Below, in pieces: positions 39,103 to 50,429 of a stretch of 64,000 nucleotides of DNA (its first letter is position 1; every line of letters starts with the position of its first letter). Origin of the DNA: Octopus sinensis (Eukaryota); assembly GCF_006345805.1 (NCBI RefSeq), contig NW_021836305.1:2778-66777 (forward strand), in the 5' to 3' direction. A program made the translations under genes and the position numbers. Under the pieces are notes generated by a model. The model saw nothing but the letters and a program-made list of their open reading frames with translations. It searched no databases and had not been told where the DNA came from.

Positions 39103-40658
39103 TTGTGGTTGATCGGCATAGGTTAGCGTCTCGGAAGGATGTCCTCGTAGCTCCTTTTCTGATGACGGTTAGCTCCCCGTTTTCCGGTGCAAGATCGATT
39201 CTACACGGCCGGCGCGTCCTCGAATTTCCGCCGCCGAACCGCCCGCCTTTCAGACGCTGCGTTCGCCCGCCCGTTGACGCCCGCGTTTGCCCGCCTTTTG
39301 AAGCTCGCCTTCGTCCGCCTTCGCCCGCCTCTGGACGTCCGCTTCTTCACGCCCGCCTACTAGACGCTGCGTTCTACCCGCATCTTTCGACGCACGCCTT
39401 CGCCCGCCTTTTAGACGCCGCTGCGTTCGCCCGACCCTTTCGACGCACGCGTTTGCCTGCCCGCCCGCCTTCCTTCCTTCCTTCCTTCGCTCGCCCGCCG
39501 GCAACCGCCGCACAAGCGCTATTTACGTAGGGTCGCGGCCGAACGGCATAGGTGGACCGCCTGGAAGGGATGTTGTCGGCGCTCCTTTCTGCCAACGGTT
39601 GGCTCCCTTATTGCCGGTGCAAGGTCGACTCTACACGGCTGGCGCGTCCTCGAATGTCTGCCGCCGCCGCCGCCACACCGCCCGCCTTTTAGACGCGCTG
39701 CCTCGACGCCCGCGTCTGCCCGCCTCTTCACGCTCGCAATCGGTTCGTCCTCCCGCAATCGAACCGCTTCTCGTTACCGCGTTTTCTTTTTTTCTTTTCT
39801 TTTCTTCCTTCCGACCCCCGGCCTCGTCTTCGCCGCCGAGGACCCGGTCAGGTTACGCCGCTGACCTCGTGTCGCGTCGCCGCCGGCGCGGCGGACGGGC
39901 TAGCCGTCGCTTCCCGTTCCGCCACAGGCGACGCGGCGTCTCCGAAAGAGAGCGGTGCCGTGTCCGTCCCTTCTTCCTTGGACGGAACCGTGGCTTCAAC
40001 TCCGGGTTTCGCTGCCTCGTAGCGTTTCTGCAGCTTTTTCTTTCCCTTCCCGGCATCACCCCGCCTTGGCGCGCGTCGTTTTCGTGGCGACCACCGTCAT
40101 GGCACTCGCTCGTTGACCGCAGTCCGGACGCAGTTCGTCGTAGCCGTTTCGAAAGGATCGGGTGGAGGAAGCGACGACGACGACCACCGACGCGTAGGGC
40201 GCCGGGCGAGTCTAAAAGCTGCAGCGGGCCCGCGCCAATCGCCGCTGCCCCTCTCGTCTGCCGACCTAGTCGCTGGCCTTCTTCGCCTTCTCCTCTTCCC
40301 TCTTCTTCCGCCCGGAACCGGCCCCCGCTTCGTATCGACCCGCACAGGAGCCCGTCCGCAGCGGCCCCGGTGTGCGGCAGTCGGATCGCAAACCGTTTCT
40401 TGTATCGCGAACGCTTCTTCGCGCGTCGACCCGTGTCGTTTCCGCCTCTTCTCCTCCTCCTCCGGGACGACGACGAGGAGGAAGAGCAGCTGGCGCGCGC
40501 GTATACGAACGGCGGCCGAACTCGCGAGCGCCCTCGCGCCTCTCTGTCTTCGGCCATTCCGATTCCTTTCGTTCTCGTTTCCGATCGTCGGCGGCTGCTA
40601 CCCGAGCTTCCGCCGCCGCCGCCGCGCGCTTCGTTCTCTCGAAACGTAACGTCGGTGA
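39097..40658 (+). other. rDNA 5' external transcribed spacer
   Basis: GC-rich sequence between the putative promoter and the 18S 5' end. Confidence 0.75.
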
Positions 40659-42665
40659 TACCTGGTTGATCCTGCCAGTAGTCATATGCTTGTCTCAAAG
40701 CTTAAGCCATGCAAGTGTAAGTTCATGCCGTAAACGAATGGTGAAACCGCGAATGGCTCAGGAACCGGACCTAATCCTCGGGACCGTATTCTTCCACCGC
40801 GAGGAGAGTGGATAACTGTGGCAATTCTAGAGCTAATACATGCAACCGAAGCCGCGATCGCAGGTCGCACCCGGGCGTCGGGCTCGAAAACGGCGTTCGG
40901 CAGCCGTCGCGTTTTGCGCGGCGTCGCCGTCGTTCGCCGCCGGCGTCCGCTCGGCCGGATCTGGGGCGGCGCATCCGCGCCCGTCCCTCCCGGTCGCGAC
41001 GATACGGTCGGCCTTCCGCATTGGTCGCGGCGCAAATATTAGACTGAGACCGACGCGTACGGGCCGTCGCAGCAGCCGCCGCGCCTTCCGCGCGCGGGTC
41101 TTAGGCGTGCGGCGGCTTCACGCCCTTCGATTTTGGTGACTCTGGATAACTGTCAGTACGATCGCACGGGCTAGTATCGCACTAGCCTTCGCGCGACGGG
41201 TCCCCCGCGAGTCCGCCCTATCAACTGTCGACGGCCCGGTCAGTGCCGACCGTGGTGGCAACGGGTAACGGGGAATCAGGGTTCGATTCCGGAGAGGGAG
41301 CATGCGAAACGGCTACCACATCCAAGGAAGGCAGCAGGCGCGCAAATTACCCACTCCCGGCACGGGGAGGTAGTGACGAAAAATAACGACGCGGGACTCT
41401 GTCGAGGCCCCGCGATCGGAATGAGTACACTTCAAATCCGTTAACGAGGATCGACCGGAGGGCAAGTCTGGTGCCAGCAGCCGCGGTAATTCCAGCTCCG
41501 GTAGCGTATATTAAAATTGTTGCGTTTGAAAAGCTCGTAGTCGGAATTCGGGTCTCGAAAACGTACCCCAGCACGTTCGGGGCGACGGCGCCGTCGCAGG
41601 CGCGCTTCTGGCGCGTCCGCTTCGGTCGTCCGTTCGCACTCCCGGCCCTATTCGCCGGTGCGTGCGCGGTCGGGCCGCGGAGCTCTGCTCGCGTCGCCGC
41701 CGCGACTCGGCACCCCGTCCAGCGCTCGTCTTCGCCCGCGTCGCGTCGTCGCGTCGCGTCCGGTTTCACGCCTGCGCCTTCAACGGCGCGGGTCGGTCAG
41801 GCGTGCTGCGCGCGGGAGCCACGAGGCGGGTGCGCTATTGGGCGTCGTCGCCGTTCGCGTTCTAGCGGTAGTAGCGCGTCCACCTCCCGGTCGTTTCGGC
41901 CCGCACGGTTCCTCCGAGGGTGCTCTTCGCCGAGTGTCCGAGGCGGCCGGTACGTTCACTGTGAAAAAATTAGAGTGCTCAGAGCGGCTTAATTTGACTC
42001 AACACGGGAAAACTCACCCGGTCCGGACACCGGTAGGATTGACAGATCGATAGCTCTTTCTCGATTCGGTGGGTGGTGGTGCATGGCCGTTCTTAGTTGG
42101 TGGAGCGATCCGTCTGGTTGATTCCGATAACGAACGAGACTCCGGCCTGCTAACTAGCGCGTCGATTAGTGCTTTTCCGGTAGCGCGGCGGCGCCGAAGC
42201 CTTCGTCGGTAGCTCCGCGCGCGGCCCGGGCTTGCCGTTGCCGCCGCTCTCCTTCGCGTCCGGCGCTGCGGCCGCGTCCGGCTGCCGTCCCCCGTTCGCG
42301 GGGGTTCGGTCGCGGCGTGGTTGCGGCGTTGGTTGCGGAGCGGCGGCGGTGACCCGGTCGGCTCGGCCCGCGCGAGCCCGGCGGCGGCACGCCGTCGCGT
42401 CCGGGCCAGTCGGTTGGCGAACGCAGCGCTTCTTAGAGGGACGGGCGGCAGAAAGCCGCACGAGGCGGAGCGATAACAGGTCTGTGATGCCCTTAGATGT
42501 CCGGGGCCGCACGCGCGCTACACTGGAGGTATCAGCGGGCGCGTCTCCCCCGGCCCGAGAGGGTCGGAAACCTCTGAACCACCTCCCGTGATAGGGATCG
42601 GGGCCTGGAACCAACCCCGTGAACGAGGAATTCCGGTAGGCGCGGGTCATCAGCCCGCGTCGATC

Positions 42666-42708
<43 letters not shown>

Positions 42709-42827
42709 CGAACGGTCCGGTGAGGTCCTCGGATCTGGCCGACGAGTCCGCTTACGCGCGGCGGCGTTACGCGCCGTCGTCGGCGCGTTCTCTGATGGCC
42801 CGGAGAAGACGACCGAACCCGATCGCT

Positions 42828-42885
<58 letters not shown>
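40659..42885 (+). rRNA. 18S rRNA: 18S rRNA gene with internal deletion (pseudogenic copy)
   Basis: Starts tacctggttgatcctgccag, contains gtgccagcagccgcggtaa and gtacacaccgcccgtc, ends ggaaggatcatta; central domain missing at about 41985. Confidence 0.97.
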
Positions 42886-44059
42886 GCGCCGTGTTCTCGA
42901 ATTAGAGAAGAAGAAGAAGGAAATAAACATTCGCGATCCGCCCGATAAGTCGCGGCCGGGCCCCCTCGCCCGAGTACCACCGAATGCTCTTGATTCGGCC
43001 CTCTAACAGCGCAGCAGTAGCGGTCGCGCGGCAGCCCGCCGTCACACGCCGCGACTCTCTGCTGCCGACCGCGCAACCACCCTGCCGGCGTCGGCCCGCC
43101 CTCATGGCGCTCGGACGACGGGGCTTGCACGCTTTGCGAGCTCCATGACCGTTTCTCTCTTCCTTCCTGCCTCGCCGACCGCGCGATTCGGCCTAGGCCG
43201 TGGGCGCCGCCCGGCGCCTTCCGATGACCACCGTAACGCGCGGCCGTCTTTTTTATTTCCTCGCCTCCTAGCGCGCAGTCTCTTTTCGGAGACTTGCCGA
43301 GCCAAAAGTCGCGGCCGGGCCCCCTCGCCCGAGTACCACCGAATGCTCTTGATTCGGCCCTCTAACAGCGCAGCAGTAGCAGTCGCGGCAGCCCGCCGTC
43401 GCACGCCGCGACTCTCTGCTGCCGACCGCGCAACCACCCTGCCGGCGTCGGCCCGCCCTCATGGCGCTCGGACGACGGGGCTTGCACGCTTTGCGAGCTC
43501 CATGACCATTTCTCTCTTCCTTCCTACCTCGCCGACCGCGCGATTCGGCCTAGGCCGTGGGCGCCGCCCGGCGCCTTCCGATGACCACCGTAACGCGCGG
43601 CCGTCTTTTTTTTTTTCCTCGCCTCCTAGCGCGCAGTCTCTTTTCGGAGACTTGCCGAGCCAAAAGTCGCGGCCGGGCCCCCTCGCCCGAGTACCACCGA
43701 ATGCTCTTGATTCGGCCCTCTAACAGCGCAGCAGTAGCCGTCGCCGCAGCCCGCCGTCACACGCCGCGACTCTCTGCTGCCGACCGCGCAGCCACCCTGC
43801 CGGCGTCGGCCCGCCCTCATGGCGCTCGGACGACGGGGCTTGCACGCTTTGCGAGCTCCATGACCATTTCTCTCTTCCTTCCTGCCTCGCCGTCGGCGTC
43901 GGCAGTGGCGCGCTTCGTTCCGCTGTCGACGCCTTCGAATCTCATTTTATTTTTTTTCCGTCGCGCGGCGCCGGCCTCCTGTCGGGGGCCGCTGCCGCTT
44001 TCCTTTTTTTTTTTTTTCCTTTCCGTACGTCTAGCGCGTAGTAGTAGCAAATATTACCG
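42886..44059 (+). other. ITS1 containing ~2.6 tandem copies of a 358-359-bp unit
   Basis: aagtcgcggccggg recurs at 42947, 43306 and 43664. Confidence 0.9.
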
Positions 44060-44222
44060 AAACCCTGGACGGGGGATCACTCGGCTCGTCCGTCGATGAA
44101 GAGCGCGGCTATCCGCGTGAACTGATGCGAATTGCAGGACTCAGTGAACATCGACACCTCGAACGCACATTGCGGCCCCGGGATCCTATCGTCCCGGGGC
44201 CCCGTCCGGTCGAGAGGCGGTC
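44060..44222 (+). rRNA. 5.8S rRNA: 5.8S rRNA gene
   Basis: ggatcactcggctcgt, cgatgaagagcgc, gaattgcagga, gaacgcacattgcggcc motifs. Confidence 0.95.
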
Positions 44223-44680
44223 AAGACACGAAAACGCAGTCCGCCGCGGCCGTTGGCTGCGGCGGGGAGTCGGGAGTCGCAGGAAAGGGCGGCGCTCGCC
44301 GCGAGGCCCGCAAGTTATCTCGCGCGCGAGCCGCCGCCGCTCGATCGTCCGTCTCCCGTAATGCCAGACCGTCATCGTTGCGAAGCGCTGTTGCGGAGGA
44401 GGGAGCCCGCCGAAGTGCGGAAGCAGTGGAGTAAGGGATCAGTAGCAGGAACGACACGGCGAGGCCCCTCGTCGCGTCCGCGTCTTCCTCTGCGTTCCTC
44501 TCCGAGCGACCGCCGCCCTCCGTCGCTGCCGCCGCAGCCGCCGCCGTCTCGTCTTTCGGCGTTCGCTCTGTGGGAATATCTCTTTCGTGCGAGCGTTCGT
44601 GCCGATCTACAGCGGTGGTGTGCGCGCCGTAGTAGCAAGCAGCAGCCGTCTCATTTGCAGCGTCTCCTTTTTTTCACGCT
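44223..44680 (+). other. ITS2
   Basis: Position between 5.8S and 28S. Confidence 0.85.
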
Positions 44681-47561
44681 GCCCTCGACTCGGACGCGAT
44701 TACCCGCCGAACTTAAGCATATCGCTAAGCGGAGGAAAAGAAACCAACCGGGATTCCCTAAGTAACGGCGAGTGAACCGGGAGAAGCCCAACGCCGAATC
44801 TCGTCGGCCGCGCCGGTCGTCGAGAGCTGTGGCGCAAGGGTCGTACACGGTCGATCGTTTCGCCCGGCTAGGTTCGGAGTCCCCTCGATCGGGGCTGCCC
44901 AGAGCGGGTGCCAGGCCCATTGGGAGCCGGCGGCGATCGGCGGTGTTCATCGGCCCGAGAGTCGGGTTGCTTGGGAACGCAGCCCAAAGCGGGTGGTAAG
45001 CTCCATCCAAGGTTAAATACGGGGACGAGTCCGATAGCCGACAAGTACCGCGAGGGAAAGTTGAAAAGAACTTTGGAGAGAGAGTTCAAGAGACCGTGAA
45101 ACCGCCCAGGGGTAAACGGGTAGGACCGCTCACCGCGATCGCGAGGGGACTCAGTCCGCTGCTTCACGCCGAGGCGCCGTCGTCGTCGACGAACGCGCCG
45201 GTGGCGGGCGGTCGTCTGCCGCCTCGTCGGCGTTCGATTCCCGGGGCGCCGGCATCGGACGCACTTCCCCTCCGATCCGTCGTCGCGACCCGTCTCCCGT
45301 CGGGCCGGTAGGCGCGCGGCGTCCGCAGGTCGCAGACGAGAGCCCCGTCGCCGCCGCGCAAGCGGCGGTCGGTGGGATCCACGCGCTCTTCTCGACCGGG
45401 CCCGTCGCTCCACGTAAAGCGCAGGCACGGCTAACCGACGGAGACGGGCAAACGCACCTCGCCCTTAGCACGAACGACGCAGCGAGTCGCGCGCGGCCTC
45501 TTCGCGGAGGTCGCGAGCGACGCGGCCGCCCGCGCGCCGCGACTGCGCGGAAACCCTCGCAAGGGGGGCGACGCGCGTTGCGGTCGCGGGACACCTTCCG
45601 CCCGAAAAGCCGCCCGCTGCCGCCGGTCAGCGACGAGCATCGGCAACCTACCCGACCCGTCTTGAAACACGGACCGAGGAGTCCCAGTCGACTGCGAGTC
45701 GTTGGAGCCTTTCACTTCGCGAACTCCGACGGCACAGCGAAAGCGAGAACGTGACACGACGTCGCCGTCTCGCTTCTGGCGGGACGGCGCTTCGAAGCAT
45801 CGTTCCCGGGTCGGGTCCGCGCGTTCGCCGCGACGTTCGCGTCCGGCGTTCCCGCTCCGACTCAGGTGTAGCAGGCGGCCGGGGACCCGAAAGATGGCGA
45901 TCCACGCCCGGTCATAACGAAGCCAGAGGAAACTCTGGTGGAAGTCCGAAGCGCCTCTGACGTGCAAATCGATCGTCAGAACCGGGTGTAGGGGCGAAAG
46001 ACCAATCGAGCCGTCTAGTAGCTGGTTCTCTCCGAAGTTTCCCTCAGGATAGCTGGCGCCAGCGGGAGAACGACACGCAATTCCGTCCGGTAAAGCGAAC
46101 GACTGGAGGCTCCGGGGACGTTGACGGCCTCGATCTACTCTCGAACTCGGAACGGGCGAAACGGGCCGCTCCTCTCCCGATCGGAGGCGGCCGCCGTTAT
46201 GCGACGACGAATGCACGGTGCCAAGTGGGCCACTTTTGGTAAGCAGAACTGTGATGTGGGATGAACCGAACGTCCGGCTAAGGTGCCCTACGCTTCGCCC
46301 ATTAGATCCCCGAAAGGGTGTCGGTCGATATAGACAGCAGGACGGTGGCCACGGAAGTCGGAATCCGCTCAGGAGTGTGTAACAACTTACCTGCCGAATC
46401 GACCGGCCCCGAAAATGGATGGCGCTGGAGCGAGCGACCGATGCCGGACCGGCCGGGCGACAGGTTGCGCGATCGCCGGCGAGGCGACTTTCCGATGCCC
46501 GGTCGAGTAGGAGGGCGCCGCGGCGTGCATGGAAGCCGCGGGCGCGAGCCCGGGTGAAGCCGACCGCGGGTGCAGATCTCGGTGGTAGTAGCAAATATTC
46601 GAACGAGACCTTCGAAGACCGAAGTGGAGAAGGGTTCCGTGCCAACGGCGGTCGAGCACGGGTCAGTCGGTCCTAAGAAGCGGGCGAAAGCTTCCACGAA
46701 AGGCGCCGGATCCGTCGTTTAGAAAGAAGAAAAGAACTGCTCTCGCGCGGTTCTTCGATATCGATTTACGCGGCCGGCCTCGCATCGAAAGGGAATCGGG
46801 TTAATATTCCCGAACCCGAACTCGGAGAGTGCCCGTCCGTCGGCGGGAACGCGGCGTGCTCTTCCTAGCAGCGCGTCCGTCGTCGAAGCCGGCGGCCGGG
46901 CGAAGCAGCGGCAACGCAAGCGAGCCCGGAGACGTTGCCGGGAGCCCCGGGAAGAGTTCTCTCTTCTTCGTAAAGGACCGCGTCCGTGGAATCGGCTCGT
47001 CCGGAGATACGGATATGGTACCTGTAGAGCGCCGCGTCTCGGGCGGCGTCCGGTGCGCTCTCGGCGGCCCTGGAAAATCCGGGTCCGTAACGAATCGCAG
47101 CTCTCGAGTCGGTCCGTACCCACCATCCGCAGCAGGTCTCCAAGGTGTACAGCCTCTCGTCGATAGCGCCAATGTAGGTAAGGGAAGTCGGCAAAATGGA
47201 TCCGTACCTTCGGAAGAAGGATTGGCTCCGAGGACCGGGTCGGTCGGGCCGTGTGTGTCGCCTCGCTCCCGCGCGGCCGCGTCGCCGTTCGCTCGGCGTC
47301 GCGCCGCCGGGCGCCGGAACACGTCTTCACGCGAAGCGGCGGACCGGTACGGGGCTGTAGCGTTGGCGTCGGACTCGGCATCCGGTGCGCCCCATTTTTC
47401 CGGCGGTCGTCGCAGCGTCGCAGCGTCGGCGGGCAACCCGCCACGCGCCGGTGCGCGGTCGCGCCTTCGGTCAACGCGGGTCGGCTTCTACGCGCGCGTT
47501 CTTTCCTTCCGCTGCGCTGCGTTCCGTCGCGTGCCGCCGCCTACGGACCTCCCGGTCCGAA
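44681..47561 (+). rRNA. 28S rRNA: 28S rRNA gene, 3'-truncated at the end of expansion segment D8
   Basis: acccgccgaacttaagcatat, gacccgtcttgaaacacggacc, ccgaagtttccctcaggatagc, gtaagggaagtcggcaa motifs; runs directly into CR1 sequence at 47562. Confidence 0.96.
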
Positions 47562-48340
47562 AAGCTGGCTGTGGACAAATGTACCACCATGCATTTTGGG
47601 AGGAAAAACCCAGCGTCTACTTACTCCCTTCACAACACTAATCTCAAAAAGTCTTCGTGTGAACGTGACCTGGGCGTTATTGTCGACAGCGATTTGCATT
47701 GGACAAAACACATTGCTAAAATTGCCAAGACGGCTTGAGAGTGTCTTGGCATCACTCACCAAGTCCTTTGTGAGCCACTCTCCGGCTATCTATTAGTGGC
47801 TTTATATAGCTATGGTACAACCTCACCTGGAATTTGCATCACCGGTCTGGAACCCCTATCTTGCCAAGGATATTAATCGTCTGGAAGCCGTTCAGCGACG
47901 TGCAACCAAGAGAATACCCTCCATCAGGCATTTGCCATATTCTGAACGCCTTACTTCCCTGGGCATGGACACATTGAAACACCGACGTCTGGCAGCTGAC
48001 TTGGCAGACACCCATAACATTTTTAACCATCTTACAAACCATAACTCTGAGCACCTTTTCAAACTCCACCTGTTAAACACCCATGGACATGTTTACAAAG
48101 TCAGAAAACAGCACAGCTCCCATGACTTTCGGAAACATTTTTTCATGCTAAGAGTTGCTGAAGCATGGAACAAACTGCCAGCATCAGTTGTTAGTTGTCA
48201 GAGCACTGCATCCTTCAAAACTTCCATGCTTCCTGAGATTCGCCAACACTACACCTGATTTTCTCCCCTCCATACACACGCAAGCATGTATCTGACTCAT
48301 ACACTGTTCGCTTTCCAGACATTTGTACATTACTGTATGT
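47562..48340 (+). mobile_element. CR1-group LINE 3' part (duplicate of 30620-31340)
   Basis: ORF 47812-48258 PHLEFASPVWNPY..LEAVQRRATKRI..VAEAWNKLP. Confidence 0.92.
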
Positions 48341-48708
48341 AATTGATATGCACAACAGAGAAAGCGGGTGAGTGGGAGGTAGGGTGTGTCTGATTTAAAT
48401 ATCAGGCTGACTGCATATTTTACCTGTGTGTAGTTGGATATTATTTTGATGTTGAACGGATATTTTGTGTGTCCTCTGTAGAAAAAGAGGTAAGTAAAGA
48501 TATCTTTTTGGTTGGGATGGTGGTGTTCATAGGGTTATGATACCCGGATGCTATTATATATATATATACATATATACACACACTTGTACATTTATGCAAT
48601 ATGTATGTATGCGTATGTCTATCCTTCTGTCTCTCAATATGTTCATACTGTTGCATGTTAGGCATGTATCTACATATATCTTTATATACATATATATATA
48701 TATGTATG

Positions 48709-48754
<46 letters not shown>

Positions 48755-48765
48755 ATATATATATA

Positions 48766-48802
<37 letters not shown>

Positions 48803-50383
48803 ATATATATATATATATATAAAATACTCACACACACTCACACACATGCACACACACAGACACACACACATAAACAGCAACACAAATACATGCATACATG
48901 CATAGTGACAAACTATTACACACACATGTGTAGAAATAAAAATGGAGCTTCTACATGGTCACATAATGTGTTAAAAAATGCAGCCAAACCTCCCTCTAAC
49001 GTTGTCCTAGATACGTTATTCCTGAGAGCAACTCTTTCAATTACAGATCTAATCAATCAGTACTGACCTAGGGTTGTACAATAACAGATACGCTCAGATA
49101 TGGGAGTAGATGGACCCTGAACAAAAGTACCCTATGATAGTGTTCTGCATGTTAAATACTTTTCCAGCCGTGTCTCACACAAGTGTAAAATAGAGAGTAA
49201 GAAAAACTTTGAATAAGTAAGATAATCACTCACTTTTTCTCTCTACCTAATGTCAAAGATATGTAGTACATTTCTGTTATAATCTGAGTCCAGACTAAAA
49301 ATTTTCGGTTCATCTTTGGTGTTACAAGAAGTTTTGTTGGTCTCTCGGTCAACTGTACCCCACACAATAATCAAGAGAATTGCAGAGTTAGGTGATCAGA
49401 TGTTAGGGGTGACGTGGTTCCAGAAATTGTCCGACAGTGTGTGTATATGTTTGTGTGTCTGTGTTTGTCCCCCCAACATCACTTCACAACTGATGCTGGT
49501 GTGTTTAGGTCTCCGTAACTTAGCGGGTCAGCATAAGAGACCGATAGAATAAGTACTAGGCTTACAAAGAATAAGTCCTGGGGTCAACTTGCTTGACTAA
49601 AGGCGGTGCTCCAGTATGGCCACAGTCAAATGACTGAAACAAGTAAAAGAGAGTAAAGAGTATATACACATATATACATAGATGGTTGTATGTGAGTGTG
49701 TGTCTGTGTGTCTTTGTGTTTGTTTACCTCCTTGTTCAGCATAACAAGTGAGGCAATTTCTTTGACTAAACCCTTCAAGGCAGTGTCCAAGTAAGGCTGT
49801 TGTCCGATGACTGGAGCAAGTAACAAGTTAAAAAATACAAGATCCATCGATATAATTGCATTCTCTTTATTAGTGTCTTTAATTGCCAATCCATTATAAT
49901 TTTTCAAACCAGTTATGCTGATGCTGATAGCATGTAAAAAGCATCCAGTCAACCTGTATACTCTGTAAAGTGGCTGGCATTAGGAAGGGCATCAAGCTGT
50001 GGAAACCAAACCAAAACAGACTATGAAAGCTGGTGTGGCCCCTGGCCTTGCAAGCTCCTGTCAAGCCGTCCAACCCATGCCAGCTTGGAAAATGGAATTC
50101 AAATGATGATGATGCTGATGATGATGATGATGATGATGGTGATGATGATTCAGTCGTTTTGAAGTTTGACTTCATCTATCTTTATCAGTTTCATCTCGAG
50201 AGCTACGGCCATGCTGGGGCACTGCCATTAATTCTTTGTTTTTGTATAGTATTATATGATAAATTCAAACCTTGTATTCCTATCCACTGATGAAAAATAA
50301 CTGCTTTTGTTTCTAACGAACTAGTAATCATTATTTACATTATTTACATTTGATGGATATTTGTCCTCATCTTGTTTGTTGTT

Positions 50384-50429
50384 AACACAACATTTCGGCT
50401 GATATACCCTCCAGCCTTCATCAGGTGTT
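50384..50429 (-). ncRNA. Minimal hammerhead ribozyme motif (duplicate of 33624-33669)
   Basis: Identical motif in copy A', within element 50336-50485. Confidence 0.7.

Noticed and set aside
44041-44055. 15-mer gtagtagcaaatatt shared between the ITS1 3' end and 28S (46585-46599)
   Set aside because: Same orientation and short enough to be coincidental in 12 kb; no further homology
47385-47738. ORF fusing 28S sequence to a CR1 RT frame
   Set aside because: Chance read-through across the breakpoint; ends at a stop shared with the dead CR1 copy
35424-47796. Dense long overlapping ORFs (up to 404 aa) in the GC-rich block
   Set aside because: They overlie IGS/ETS/rRNA sequence; Arg/Pro/Ala-rich low-information translations caused by stop-codon scarcity
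47562-48340. CR1 as an rDNA-specific insertion (R1/R2-like)
   Set aside because: It is the continuation of the pre-existing CR1 at 29740-31340 together with about 4 kb of its flank; 28S does not resume afterwards
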